In this document: positions 1-12,569 of the stretch, one piece after another | Position numbering within the stretch: the first letter of the stretch is position 1 | Layout of the letters: each line of letters opens with the position of its first letter | Assembly (NCBI GenBank): GCA_013239625.1 | Contig: MU053487.1 | Coordinates: 1,135,058 to 1,199,057 of the forward strand | DNA from: Lama guanicoe | Lineage: Eukaryota | Direction: 5' to 3' | Length of the DNA: 64,000 bases | Position numbers and translations under genes: made by a program | The notes under the pieces: generated by a model | Seen by the model: the letters and a program-made list of their open reading frames with translations, nothing else | What the model was told of the DNA's origin: nothing | Database searches by the model: none

Positions 1-171
1 TTCCCCTCCTTCAGACAGCCTCAATCCTGGCTGATCACTGGGAAAAAGAACCCATAAAAATGGATTGTTAGTGACTTGCTCCAAATACCACGAATGCAAA
101 ATTCTTCCAATCCCTTAGCCTATGCCTAATAGAGGAGACTTGTTGATAAAGATCAAGGCCACAGTTGTTGT

Positions 172-316
172 TGGGCCATGATTCATGGGTGTGGAACCTC
201 TGGACACTTGGGTTAATGCTCTGTTGTCACCATCTTGAGATTCTTAATCATTTTTGAACAAGGTGCTTTGCATTTTCACTTTGCAGTGGGCCCTGAAAAT
301 TATGTCACTGGTCCTG
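172..316 (+). mobile_element. MER91A-like hAT-Tip100 MITE, internally shortened
   Basis: GGTTAATGCTCTGTTGTCACCATCTTGAGATTCTTAATCATTTTTGAACAAGG...CATTTTCACTTTGCAGTGGGCCCTGAAAATTATGT...GGTCCTG matches the recalled MER91A consensus 3' half and terminus. Confidence 0.8.
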
Positions 317-2149
317 ACCATGGCATGACAAATTCACACCCCTTTGTACCTAGCAGTGTTAGAAGTTCCTGGGACTTCTTTGAGCCTTCCTTTTTTGCAT
401 ACTTTTTACTGAAGGCTTTTGAGTTCTTCTATTCTCATGAATTTGGGATGATAATAATAGAAGTCAGGGACCTTCCCTCATGATAGAGAAACCCAATGGG
501 AAGGGAAGAGAAGCTCAGGAAGAGGGGCAGGGCAGACCAGGATCACAGTCTGTCAGCAAATGAGAACTTATTGCAAGTAATAAGGTGAGACTATGTGGCC
601 CAGCCAAGTCTTTGAGCATTCATAAGAAAACAGGGATATTAGTCTAAATGTTTAATATCACCAAGTTTTTAGACCCAGATTCCCCAACAGCTCTCCAGCA
701 GTCTGGACTAGCACAAGTGGGAGCTCTGTTTAACCATACTCCTCCCCAAAGACAGACAATTTGCAGAAGCTTCATATTTTTCAGCAACAAGAGAAATGTT
801 ACAACATACTTTTATTTATAACTCACTTAAGACGTACCCCAATCAGTGTTTTGCATCCTGACCAATGAGAGTAACACTCTTGGAGGTAAATTATTAGGCA
901 ATCTTGAGGGAAGAAGGAAAAGAATGTTCTTGAATCTTTCCCCAGAAGTAGAACTATCCTATTCTAATACACATAATTTTAAAAAGCTCCAGTTGCTATC
1001 AATAATAACATTTTATAGGTGAGCACATTTCTCTTCTCTCCCCAGTCTAATAGCTATAGTCCAGAAGTTGGAGCAAGTTTCCCCAAGGGCTAAAACTGTT
1101 AGGATCACCAAACAAGAATGTTCACTGTGAAATGCAGTGAGCTCGAGCAATTTACAGCTTTCATTCTCCCTTTCCATAAATGGCACTTCATTGCTCCTCT
1201 ATAGGCTAGGGGGAAATGGGCTTATTGCATTCACTTTAAGAAATATTCCTGCACCTCTTTTGTGGGCCTCCCTACAATTTCAGTTATATTTCATCTTCTA
1301 AGAAGTTTGCTAAATGTAGCTTCAAGCAGCTCACTCTGGTAGGTGTGCTTGAGCCATTATCATCCATTTTTCAATAAAGCTGTGGGTGAAAGTGTCATTG
1401 ATTCTTTTTCACCAGGAGAGAATATTAGCTTTTTATCCTCATCATATTATCTCTCTGCTTGACTGATAAAACTGTCATGCTAAAGGAAAGGTCAGGAATT
1501 ATCGAGTGGGTATTCATTTAATTCTCTCACCCGCCTCTTCCAACAAATGCGTTGGGAAGGTAACAGAAAATTTGTGTTTATGAAATGAGAATAGAAGAGA
1601 GAGATAAATGGATGAAGTCCTCATGGATTAATGACTTCATTTTGTTGCCTAGAAAAATGTGTGAGCTTTAAAAGGTCTTCATTTATAACTTACACTTGCC
1701 CCTTATTTCATTTTCTTATTTTGATAGAAAGAATTCTCAAATGACATTTAGTTGAGCGATACGGCTTCTTTGGTGGGTTAAACGTTCCTGGACATGGGAA
1801 GGGGAGGGAGAACAGGAGAGGACAGATGGTTCATGTGGCAGGAAAAGAATGCTACCACTCTCATTATTCAGTGCACCTGAAGAAGTTAAAATTAGCGTGA
1901 GTTACTTCTAATTATATTTTGTTTTGCAGTCAACATGGATTGATGTTGTGATGAGTGACAGAGGATACAAGAGGATCAAAATAGAACAGATTAGTTAGAC
2001 CACTGTTGGGTTATTCAGAGGAAACCAAACTGTAAACGTAGGTAGTCAAACTAAGAGGCCCGCTCCGGTGCCTCTTCCCTCCCCATTGCACATTTTGTGG
2101 TTTTTATCCCCCCTAGATCCCTCAGATGGTCTGATGAGGTTGGTAAGTC

Positions 2150-2785
2150 ATCTTTGACCCCATCTTGTCTTCTGTAATTCACATCCAATTAGTCAGTAAG
2201 ACTTTTCCAAACGTCTCTACCAAGTATCTTCTGAGTCTGTGATCTCCTCATTTATTCATGCCATGACTTTAGCACACACCCTCCCCCTATTTTACTTGGA
2301 CTTTGAAAAGGCCTTTTAGTTGGTTTCTGCTCCTCTAATCTCGTATGTCTTTCCTACTTGTTTCTCACCTGTTCTTGTGTGTTTTCTTCCCAGTTGCATA
2401 TTTGATTCAATTCCTAGCCCCTCAATGTAATTATAAAATTTACAGTATAGTCTAGATGGCTTTTTATGATATGCAAACATTTTTATAATCTGACTATTGC
2501 CTACAACTCTAATTTTTTCTCTGTTTCTCTCCATTTAATTAATCTCATTCAGCTATTTAATTTTTTTATACATGCACATCCCTAGGCCGAAATCTCCACA
2601 TGGCATTTCCTGACTCCTCTTGGTTACTTACTATTTATCTTTGAAACCCAGCTTAAATATCTTAACTCTCCCTCATTCCTTTGAAGGATCCTTATACTTT
2701 AAACATATCCTTATTGTTATATTTACTCTACGAAGTTAAATTGGTTTTATGTGTGCTAGGTTTTTAGGACGTGAATGAATGTGTC
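2150..2785 (+). mobile_element. L2 LINE fragment (3' region, decayed)
   Basis: CATCTTTGACCCC...CACATCCAATTAGTCAGTAAG and a terminal GTGAATGAATG resemble the L2 3' part. Confidence 0.55.
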
Positions 2786-2867
2786 AATGAAGTCATTAAG
2801 TATTTATAATTATTTAAACTTTCAGGATCACAGTTCATATAAGGTGCCCAATAAATGCTAACCTCTC

Positions 2868-2970
2868 TTTTTTTATTGAAGTATAATCAATTTCCAATTT
2901 CTGGTATACAGCATAGTGATTCATATATATATATATACACACTCCTTTTCATATTCTTTTTCACTATAGG
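2868..2970 (-). mobile_element. Short 5'-truncated lineage L1 3' end with internal (TA)n
   Basis: T-tail then ATTGAAGTATAAT...TCTGGTATACAGCATAGTGATTCA(TA)n...CATATTCTTTTTCACTATAGG; the same motif recurs at 22006, 31278, 38423 and 49384. Confidence 0.8.
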
Positions 2971-3030
2971 CCATTTTCACCTTTTTTTCTTTCTCTTTAC
3001 TTACTTAATGTTGGTGTTTCAGTTATACAG

Positions 3031-3049
3031 ACACACACACACACACACA
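3031..3049. repeat. (AC)n microsatellite
   Basis: About 9 AC units seen directly. Confidence 0.9.
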
Positions 3050-3499
3050 ATGTTGTGGAAAAACCTCAAAGATGTCCTTGAGAAATGCTTGCTTTAGGGA
3101 CACCAAGTAAATGGTGATTTCCATAGGAAAAAGCAGCAGACTAGGTGCAAGGAAGCCACCAAAGGTGAAGTGAATGCTTTGGAGGCAATTCATTTAGATT
3201 AGCTTCTTATTGGTATGAATCTTGGTAGAAAAACAATCCATCTTCCCTTTTCCAGCCCTGCTGGAAGTGCCCTTCCTCCTGGAATTTCACTGAAAGGGCC
3301 TTTCTGTGAGCTGCTTTCTCTTGCTGGGATGGTTTCTTCCTTTCTTCAGCCAGCTGTCTCCACATCAATTATGGCTCCATTCCTCTGGGAAGCAACCCTA
3401 ACATGCCGAGGTTTGTGTCATTACTTCTCTCTGCTGTCATATCCCCTGAGCTTTCTGCCTCCCACCCTATCTTGTAATCATCTGATTATACACTATTCT

Positions 3500-3630
3500 T
3501 CCCCATGTGGTTGTGAGCTTCCTGAAGACAGGATTGGTGATTCATTGATTCCTATGTTCCAGTGACCTGTATGCTGCAGACATTCAATAAATATTTGAAT
3601 GAATTACTGAGCAAACAAATGAATGAATCA
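3500..3630 (+). mobile_element. L2 3' end
   Basis: TGTGAGCTTCCTGAAGACAGG...CATTCAATAAATATTTGAATGAAT...ATGAATGAAT, a typical L2 tail. Confidence 0.7.
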
Positions 3631-4589
3631 CAGAAGGCGGTCTTTGCCTGTCATTGTTTTATATGTTCCCCTTCCCGGAGTATATATATCCTTCTAGATG
3701 GCAGAGACTGTTCTTTGTATTCTGGGTATGCATCAGTGCTTTTTTGCCTTTTATGCAGACTGATTGGAGACAAAAGCTCTAAAAGCCAGGAATGCCTACC
3801 TACCCCACCTCTTCCCATCCAAGAAAAGTGGAAGATGTAAAGAAACCAATCTGGAAGGACTCAGGGATACAAGCCCACACTTGATCTTGACAAACATTTG
3901 CCGTGTCATTTTTGGCTTGTCATTAAACCTGCAGAAATTATGGGAAAGTTAAACAGCTCTTGGCTGGCACTTAACTTTTTCCTCTTTGAAATCTGCAAGT
4001 TCAAATTATTTCTTGCCCTCACATGGGTCAGAGTTCACATCTCTGCTGGAAACAGCCTGTACACTGACGGCCCAGTACCCTCCTCCCTGACTCCGGCCTT
4101 TCTGCTTGCATTTTTCGAATGCTGTAACACTTAGGCAAAGTTCTCCTGATTAAAAAGGTTTCAAATGAGTCAAGATGGCAGGTTAAAAATAACTGAAATG
4201 CCTCTGCTGTCCCAGTTATTAAACGATGGCTTGGCAGTTAAAACCTCCAGGCAGTGCCTCTGGCAAACTGAGCCCAGCACCTCATCATTATCCTCCAGAA
4301 ATCCTTGGGTCGATTGAATCTGCAACCATTAGCTAGAAAGGAAAGGGTTTGACCTGTCATTTAAACAAGAAAAGTCCAGCAAGCCAAGTTTTTCATTACA
4401 GGGAAGATTTTTAGTTTTATAAGAAATCATGGCCTCTCTAATTTGTAAAGGAATAATAAGGGAGCATCTTAGCACTTCCCTGACCTTCTGCCCTTCACTT
4501 GCATCACTGACAATCCAGATGAGGTGTCCCTCCCATGCATTCTGAAAACACCTCCATGTTCTCTGTATCACAGCTCTCACTGATGGGAG

Positions 4590-4852
4590 ATGCAGCTCAG
4601 AGTGGCGGCTAGGAAGGCAGCCTCTGGAGTTGAATTGCCCAAGAGTGGGTGTCAGCCCTGTCACTTACTAGCTGTGCTTTCTTGGACAAGTTACTTTACC
4701 ACTCTGTGCTTCACTTTATTTATTAGTAAAGTGGAAGTAAATATAGTCCCTACCTGATGGGGTGGTTGTGCAGAAACTAAGATAATACATGTATAGTTCC
4801 TTTACTAGTGCCAGGGCACAGTGAGTACTCAAACACGTTAGCTGTTATTATT
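4590..4852 (+). mobile_element. Near full-length MIR SINE nested in an L2 fragment (L2 about 4470-4585 and 4860-5020)
   Basis: CTGTCACTTACTAGCTGTG...TTGGACAAGTTACTTTACCACTCTGTGCTTCACTTT core and GGCACAGTGAGTACTCAAACACGTTAGCTGTTATTATT tail. Confidence 0.85.
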
Positions 4853-5574
4853 CCTATTAGGTCAGTTTATAATTATTATCACCTTGTCCTTCATTGGCAT
4901 GCTTGCCTTTCCTACTGGACTATGAAAGCCTGGAAGAAAGGGACTTCATTTTTTGACTCTGAATTTCCAGAGGATAATGCAGGGCTTTGTTTTTAGTAGA
5001 AACACCGTAAGTGAATGTTTGCATATACGGAAAGACCTAATTCAACGTTGTTATTTTAGAGAGAAGAAAAACCAGGCCACAGATCAAAAAGAGATGGGTA
5101 TCCAGAATTATAACGCAGTGTTTTGGCTCCTTGCATCAGGTGTGCTTTCCTAGGTACCACAGAGATGTTTGTGCAGTGGAAATAGAAGGGTGAGGTCAGC
5201 TTCATGCTCCAGGGATTTGGTGTATGATGGAATTTGGGGAAAGAAATGAAGAGCTTGAAAGCCATATCTAACTCTTTTATGGAGCCAAATTTTTCATACA
5301 TTCTTGAGCCATCAAATTTAAATATCCCTCATTCAATAGTGCCTTTTGAAGATTTGTAGATACGTTTGTACATATACAGAACATGCAAAACCAAAACATA
5401 GAGAAATTGGTTGACTGACTCTAAATGATAAGTGAGTAAGTGACTGGGCCAACACAAGTCTCATTATTTGTCTCAATTCAGGACTCTTTTCAGTAGTACA
5501 AGTTACCCATTCTTGTATATTTTCTTTGTATGAGATACTGTATTAGATGATTTACAGTCATAATCTTAATGATT

Positions 5575-5680
5575 CCATATAAACATCCCTATTTTACAGA
5601 TGAGAAGCCTGTAGCTCACAAAAGTCAGGCAACTTCCAAGGTCATATAAATAGAGCATAGCAGAGATGAACACTAGGATT
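5575..5680 (-). mobile_element. MIR fragment
   Basis: CCCTATTTTACAGATGAGAAGCCTGTAGCTCAC...CCAAGGTCATA is the reverse-strand MIR core. Confidence 0.7.
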
Positions 5681-5840
5681 CCTTCCTAGAACACCTCCAG
5701 GTCACTCACTGTCACATCCACAGTCTCTGCAGCCCTGTTTATACGCTCTCGACGTACATGAACAAGAAGAAAAGCAACAGCAGTAACAGTCATAACCAAA
5801 TCCAATGGTATAAGATTCAATTTTGATTCCAAAGATTATT

Positions 5841-8342
5841 GGACTTCTGCTTTTGGCAAAAATGAAGTGATGGGAAGTCAATTTATTCTCCTATCTGAAA
5901 CAACCAGTAAAAGGACAAAATACATATTTTCAAGACACTAGATACTAGACAATGAAAGATCTGACCCTGAAAAACAAGATAAAAACTCAGAAACTAGGGA
6001 ATAAAAAGGACTTCCTCAACTTGAGAAAAAGCCTAGTGCAATCACATACAGCCATACCCACATACAACTACCATGATATTTAACAGAGAAAGACTAAAAA
6101 ATCTTCTGCTGAGATTGGGACCAACACAAGTCTATTTGCTTCCTACATTTTTGGGGAGGAGGGTAATTAGGTTTGTTTGTTTATTAGTGGAGGTGCTGGG
6201 GATTGAACCCAGACCCTCATGCATGCCAAGCATACACTCTGCCACTGAGCTATACCCTCTCCACCCTTGCTTTCTACATTTTTATTCATCATTATACTGG
6301 GTGTTCTAGCCAGCATGATAGGAGTGGGAGAAAGGGGATAAAAGGCATTCAGATGGGAAAGGAAAAAGTAAAATTGTTTTTATTTAAAGGTGAGAATCTC
6401 TATGTAGAAAATCCAGTGAAATATACAGAAAAGCTATTAGAACTAATAAGGAGCTTAGCAATATTGCAAAATATAAGATCAACACAAAAATCAGTTGTGT
6501 TCATATGTACTAATAATGAATAATCAAAAATTGAAATAAAAATAATGCCACTTACAATAGCATCAAAAATATAAAATGCTTAGGTTAAAATTTGCAAAGA
6601 TATGAAAGACTGTTGACCTGTAGATAACAAAACATTACTGACAGAAATTATAGATGATCAAAATAAATGAAGAGATATACTATGTTCATTGTCTGGAAGA
6701 CTCCGTATTTTTAAGGTACCAGTTCTCTCAGAATAGATCTATGGACTTGATATAATGCAAGGAAAAATCCAAATAGGATTTTATTTGTTTTCTTGTTTGT
6801 TTATTGGAAATTGACTAGTTGATTCTAAAGTTTATATGGAAATGCTAACAACAGTGTAGCTGAAACAACTTTGAAAAAGAAGTATAAAATTGGGAGACTA
6901 ACATTACCAGATTTGAAGATTCATTGTGAAGCTACACTAATCAAGACAGAGTGTTATGGACATTAATGAAGACAAATAGGTCAACAGAAAAGAATAGAAA
7001 GTCCAGAATTAGATCCACACGTACGTAGAAGACTGATTTTAAATGCAATAGCATTTAAATGCAATAGCAATTAACAAAAATGCAATAGCAATTCAGTGGA
7101 GAAAGTATAATCTTTTAAGAAAAGTTTCTGATATAATTGAATATCTGTCTGCAAAAAAAGAACTTCAATTCATACGTTACACTACATACAAAGATAAACT
7201 AAAATAAATCATAGACCTAAGTATTAGACCTAAAATTATAATATTCTGAGAAGAAAACATAAGTGAAAAATTTAATGACTCTAGATTAGGCAAAGATTTC
7301 TTAAATATGATATCAAAAGCACTAACTATGAAGTAAAATCTTTAGCAGTTTATCAGTTGGACCTCATCAACATTAAAAACTTCTACCATTTGTAAAACAC
7401 TGCTAAGAGAGTAAAAAGACAGATTATAGACATAGAGAAAATATTTCATGAAAGACTTGTATCCAGATTTATGTAAAGAAGTCTCAAAACTCAATAATAA
7501 GAAAAGAATTGTTTAGAAAATGAGCAACAGATTTGAACAGACAGTTCCCCAAAGAAATCATTCACATAGTAGAGAACATAAACATATGCTCGGCATAGTT
7601 AGTAATGAGGAAAATGCAAATTAAAACCACAATGAGTTCCCACTATACAACTATCAATAAGGCTAAAATTAAAAAAAAAAAAGAAAACAAAAACAGAAAA
7701 ACTGACCATACCAAATGTTGGTGAGGATGGAGAACTGGGACTCTCACGTTCTATGAGTGGGCATGTAAAATGGTCCCACCACTTGAAGATAATTTTTCAT
7801 TTTCCTAAAATGTTAAAAATACACAGACTATATGATCCAGCAATCCCACTCCTAGATACTTACACAAGAGGGGAAAAAAGTTTATAAAAATACTTATTTA
7901 GCAATATTCATAGCAACTTTATTTGTAATCGCCAAAACTCAAAGGTCATCAGAAAAGTAACAAACTGTGTTGTATTCATACATTGGAATACCATCAAAAA
8001 AATGAGCTACTTATTAGTACAAACACTGCTAGGATGAATCTCAAAATAGTTATGCTGAGTGAAAGCAACCAGTAGTAAAGAGCACATATTGTGTGACTCC
8101 ACTTATATTAAACTCTAGAAAATGTCAATAATTCTTTAGTGTCAGAAAGCAAGTCAGTGGTTGACTGGAAGGTGGAGCAGGAATGGGCATGGGGCAGGCA
8201 GAAACTTCTAGGGCCGATGGATATTTTCCATATCTTGATTGTGGGGAGATTTTCACTGGTGCTTACCTATACCTAACCATGTACTTCAAATACTTTCAGT
8301 TTATTATATATCAATTACACAGTAATATACCTATTTTTAAAA
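5841..8342 (+). mobile_element. Ancient L1 (L1MD-like): 5'-UTR start joined to distal ORF2 and 3' UTR
   Basis: ORF 6203-6523 contains GIKGIQMGKEKVKLFLFKGENLYVENP...TNNE, matching L1 RT ([28 protein letters not shown]...TNN) with the FADD motif decayed. ORF2 C-terminal and L1M 3'-UTR motifs continue to about 8340. The element begins with GGACTTCTGCTTTTGGCAAAAATGAAGT, an L1M 5'-end motif. Confidence 0.85.
6153..6266 (-). mobile_element. tRNA-derived SINE, camelid vic-1-like, inserted in the L1
   Basis: The sense strand has A-box TAGCTCAGTGG and B-box GGTTCAATCCC. 17-bp TSD TTGCTT(C/T)CTACATTTTT at 6136-6152 and 6267-6283 (1 mismatch). Confidence 0.9.
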
Positions 8343-9619
8343 GACTTGATTCTTAACCATATTCTTGAGGAGACAGTCCTGATTTAGGGCTCTAGGTCAA
8401 ACATGCTGTGTCATGGTCTGATCAGGCGTGGGGTGTCTGGAAGAAGTTTCACTATGGCGATGAAGATCTGAAGTCCCCTTGCTCTAATTGCATGACTTAG
8501 GTCTATTCACTTCTTCTGACTTATTTGTAATTTATTACCTGGTCACCTAATATATGAAGACCAGATTGTTGCTGGTTATTGGCTCAAGGACACTTATCTG
8601 CAGTCATGACTTTAGCCTGAGCCTTTTGGAGGCTTGCAGGCAAACTAAGAAGCAGTGGTGTTGGTGGCTTCCAGCCAAATATGGACTGTTTTTAGCTTTG
8701 AAGTTCCCTGGTTCCCTTAAGGACTGAGACACAGATTTGTCTGTTCACAGGGGATTCATTCCTGAGTCCTATATCCATTCTGCAACACAGATGGTCCAGT
8801 TGGATTGTGACCTGGCTTCTAAAGTCTAGGAACTTTCATCTTAAGCCACCAAAGTTAGAGAAACACAGCCTTGCTTCCACACGTAATTCCCAGAGCCAGA
8901 GATGCAGACTCTTACTTAATCTCTTAACTTTTTTTTTTGTCTCTGAGGCATGGGACCTCTTGAACTTTTCAGTTGCTTTGAAGTTTGAGGGGGTCCAATA
9001 CCAGGGTTCCAGGACTGAGGAAAGAGCCAATTGAAAAAGACATAGGAATCAGGCAGTGTTACATCAAAATACACATTTATTGAGTCTAGGTAAGATGGTG
9101 TAGAATCTAGTAGGTTGGATTTATTTAAGATAAAGTCAGGAACTGTGCCTCAGGGCGACCTAAAAACACCGAGGCCTTTTTGCTTTCATGTTAGTACTCT
9201 CTCTATAAATGATACAACCAGAAACAACAAATTCAACTTTTAACAGCTTTTACTCAAGTGTTCTTAGGGACACAGAAGAGAAGGTTGACAGCATATCACA
9301 CTGGAAAACTTCTGATCACTGTTTTCTATACTTTTCTCCCACCAGAGTTCTGCACTTTAAAGCAGCAACTCAACACTGCTCATCAACTATCTATCCTTCT
9401 CTCTCTTTCTCTCCCTCTTCCCCTCTGCTTATCTCTTGTCACCATAATGTCATCCCATTTCCTCAGAGATCTCTGTGCCCCATCTGTGTTTATTGATTGG
9501 GTAGTTCTACTGTCTACCCTGCTCCTTTGCTCCTAAGAGACTAAAAAGGGTGGAAAATCTGTGAATACTTAACCTCTGGTATTTTCTTTCTTTCCCATCT
9601 CTTCTCAGTGGTCAATAAC

Positions 9620-9906
9620 CTTGTCTCAGTGAGCATCTCCTGGCCACCTTCACAATCTGCAACCCCTGACATGGACTCCTCCCTATCCCTGATTTGTTTT
9701 TCTCCTTAGTATTTACATTAACTTACCTGCCTAGTTTACTTAATTTTTTTTGTCATGTGTCTTCCTCTCCCCAGTTATAAATATAACCCTCAAGAGGGCA
9801 GGGACCTCGATCTATCTAGTCTATTGCTAGATGTCTAAAGCCTCAAACTGAACTCAGCACATAGACTGGTACTCAGCCAATCCTCGTGGAATGTATTAAT
9901 GGAATG
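9620..9906 (+). mobile_element. L2a-like 3' end
   Basis: CCTCAAGAGGGCAGGGACC...CAGCACATAGACTGGTACTCAG...GGAATG matches the L2 tail. Confidence 0.75.
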
Positions 9907-10234
9907 CTTATGAGAAGGTATCTTCTTTGGTCATTAAGCCTTTCAAGGCAAGTCACTGTGGATGTCAGTGACCCCATGTGATTCTTTAGTTGAGACCACT
10001 CCTTCCACTTTCTTCAACCATCTGTTGGATTCTCCTGATTTGTGAGTGTGGCTAGCAGCAGCAGGCAGATTCCAAATTATTTTGATACCTGACATCACCA
10101 TTCCAAAACAGTGATCAGTCTGCTCTGGGAGGTTATAACCTCCCTACAGTGGACAATGAACACAGACTCTCTGGGAGCCCTGGCTTTTGGGATACATAGA
10201 GCTTTAGCATCAGGAATCAGAATTCGATCCACAT

Positions 10235-10475
10235 GTAAGGGTAAAAATGGTCTTTGAGACAGATCTGGATTTGAAATTGGATTCTGACACTCATATACTG
10301 TATGTCCTTTGACCAAATCCCTCACCTTTGTGAGCTCAGTTTTGTTTCATTTTGTTTTGTTTTCACCTACAACACAGATGTACCAATCAGACTTCACAGG
10401 GAATATATTAAATGAGATAATGTACGTAAAGTTCCACTCCAGGTCAGAGAACATGGTAGGAAGTCAGTTGGTGGT
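10235..10475 (+). mobile_element. MIR SINE
   Basis: AGACAGATCTGGATTTGAAAT...CTCACCTTTGTGAGCTCAGTTT...ATTAAATGAGATAATGTACGTAAAG. Confidence 0.75.
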
Positions 10476-10519
10476 CCACATAGACAAACATGTGAAAGAG
10501 GGAAGAAAATTCTATGTTG

Positions 10520-10680
10520 AATAAATGGAAGTTACAGAGAGGAAGCGATTTGGACTTCAAAACGGAGAGTAATGTTGGGACACTTACATATGTGCAACAA
10601 TGGAATAACTCTCCTTCACTGTAGTGGAGTTTCCACAATGATATCTTAAGACAGGATGGATTACAATGTATCTAGGAAGA
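10520..10680 (+). mobile_element. CR1/L3 LINE 3' fragment
   Basis: GAAGTTACAGAGAGGAAGCGATTT...CAACAATGGAAT...GTAGTGGAGTTTCC...AAGACAGGATGGAT resembles the L3 3' end. Confidence 0.55.
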
Positions 10681-10719
10681 TAAAGAGGCAAGATATGCAC
10701 TAGGCATCAGGAATGCTCT

Positions 10720-11177
10720 ACATCCTAGTTTAGGTCTAACAAGAAATAGCTCACAAGATGGGATTAAACATAAGTGAAATTTCTTAGAGAAATGCCCGTG
10801 AAAGACAATTCAGTGAGAACCAAAGAGGCTTGGAGACCTCAGACCATGATGCATTCTGATAGAGAGTGGAAGAGAGAGGTAAGGAAAGAAGAAAGATTGA
10901 GTGGGTGTGTCTTAGACGTCTGTGCAGTTCCAAGGATAATTAGACAAGATGGTCAAAGGATCTTTGAGCTAAATTAAAGCCACTGTCAGAGGAGACCCAC
11001 ATCTCCAGGGAGGGACCTATCTTCGTATCCCTTGCTCAGTTATTGGTTGAGAGCAGCCTGTCGGAAGGGTGGCTTGGTGCAAACACAGTGATGGATTTCA
11101 GAGCACAGAGGCTGGCTGCCTGGTTCAATGACATTCCTTGGGGTTGGGGGTCTGAGGGCCTTCTCGGTGCTGTCACA
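10720..11177 (-). mobile_element. ERVL solo LTR, LTR16-like
   Basis: AAATGCCCGTGAAAGA...TCAGACCATGATGCA...CTCAGTTATTGGTTGAGAGCAGCC...GTGATGGATTTCAGAGCACAG resembles reverse LTR16A; ends ...GTCACA. Confidence 0.7.
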
Positions 11178-12029
11178 CGCAGCACAGTCCTCCTTCTTGA
11201 TGTCTTCAAACTGTGGGGATTGGAGAAGGGCCAAACACTTTCCATTCCTGAGAAGGGTCAAGCTTTTTCAGTGTCTGATCAATACCCTCAATCAGTGAGG
11301 AAGAAGGCTATAGTTCTTGAAATGTTTCTCACCACACTGATTAATCCTGGATCGCAGCTTGTGGTTACAAGAGAAAAGAAGCCCAAGTGGAATTTTATAG
11401 GAACCAAATGACCCCTAGACCCTCTTGGAAAGACTTGCTGACACAGGATAAATCCCATCCCATCGCTGGCAGAGAGCCTACCTCAGAGGCCGTCTGGAGA
11501 GGAGGGAAAAGCAGAGCCAAGGCTGTGGCTTTGAGACTCTCTCCTGCTGTGGCCTGGGGCACCTAGAAGCCCATCTCAGGGACTGTCTCTTGCATGTGAG
11601 AAGCAGGACTCAATAATCAGTATTACAGAGGGTCCAGCAAATCTGAACCATCCATGCTACCATGGCTGTTGATCTTTAACTGGAGTTGAACTTTGGCCTT
11701 AGTCAATTCCAGAGGGAGGAGCAGGAAATTTTAAATTTTGTCATTGGCTGAACTTTGCAAAAATTGAATTGAGAATGAAAAGCCATTTCCTGGTACTGCA
11801 GCCAAGCTGGGCCCTCAGTTAAAGTAGATTAACATGTACACTAGGCACCTCGTCTGTGTCAGAAACTGTATTCAGTGCTGATGAAATAGGGATGAATAGA
11901 CATGGGTCAGGTACTCAGGGCACTGGCAATGCCATCACATAGTGTGTCCTCTTCTGCTGTCGTTTGTGCACCTGCTCTTGTTCGCTAGAAGATGACTTTC
12001 CCCAGGCTGGTCAGGGCCCTCACACTTGT

Positions 12030-12215
12030 AGCACAGAATCTGCACCACTTGTGGATTTGGGCAAGTTACTTAACTTCTACAGCCTTCAGTATCCTATTCT
12101 GAAAACTGGGAAGAGCACTATTTTGCTGGGATGTCCAGAAAACTAAAGATAATCTATGCAAAACCCTTGTCACAGCACTTGGCACATTTCAGAGGCTCTA
12201 ATTATTATTATAAAT
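12030..12215 (+). mobile_element. MIR SINE
   Basis: TTGGGCAAGTTACTTAACTTCT...GCACTTGGCACAT...ATTATTATTA. Confidence 0.75.
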
Positions 12216-12569
12216 ACTTTTGTTCTTATAAAATGTTGAAGTAATCTGCCTGAACCTACTCCTATTATAAGAGGTTAAAAGGTTAGTTGTCACAAATAAC
12301 CTTAGTCTCTTAACTGCTTGCTTTTAAGTAATTGCCTTAGAAACACAGCGTCTGTGCCAACAGAATCAAGTAGTGTGGGTGCCATGACCCTTGTAAGACT
12401 TAAAGTGTAAAATGTGGTTCGTCTAATAAATCATGACTACTTCAGTCAGCCCTATGCGCAGATCTGACTGTTTCTTCAGACATTTAATTGTTTCTCTCCA
12501 AAGTGTTATGACAATCCAAGTAAAACCTTTAAATGGTTCAGTTTGGTCATAATCATTTTCTCCATGTTG

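Noticed and set aside
1915..2150. Plus-strand exon candidates (acceptors at 1929 and 2116, donor GTAAGT at 2143)
   Set aside because: Abuts or overlaps L2-like sequence, the longer version has stops, and no partner exons were found.
6153..6266. tRNA gene
   Set aside because: The tRNA-like head is followed by a SINE tail and flanked by a TSD, with a second copy at 50917; it is a SINE.
6203..6523. ORF with reverse-transcriptase similarity
   Set aside because: Decayed L1 ORF2 piece with the catalytic FADD lost, starting inside a SINE; not a functional gene.
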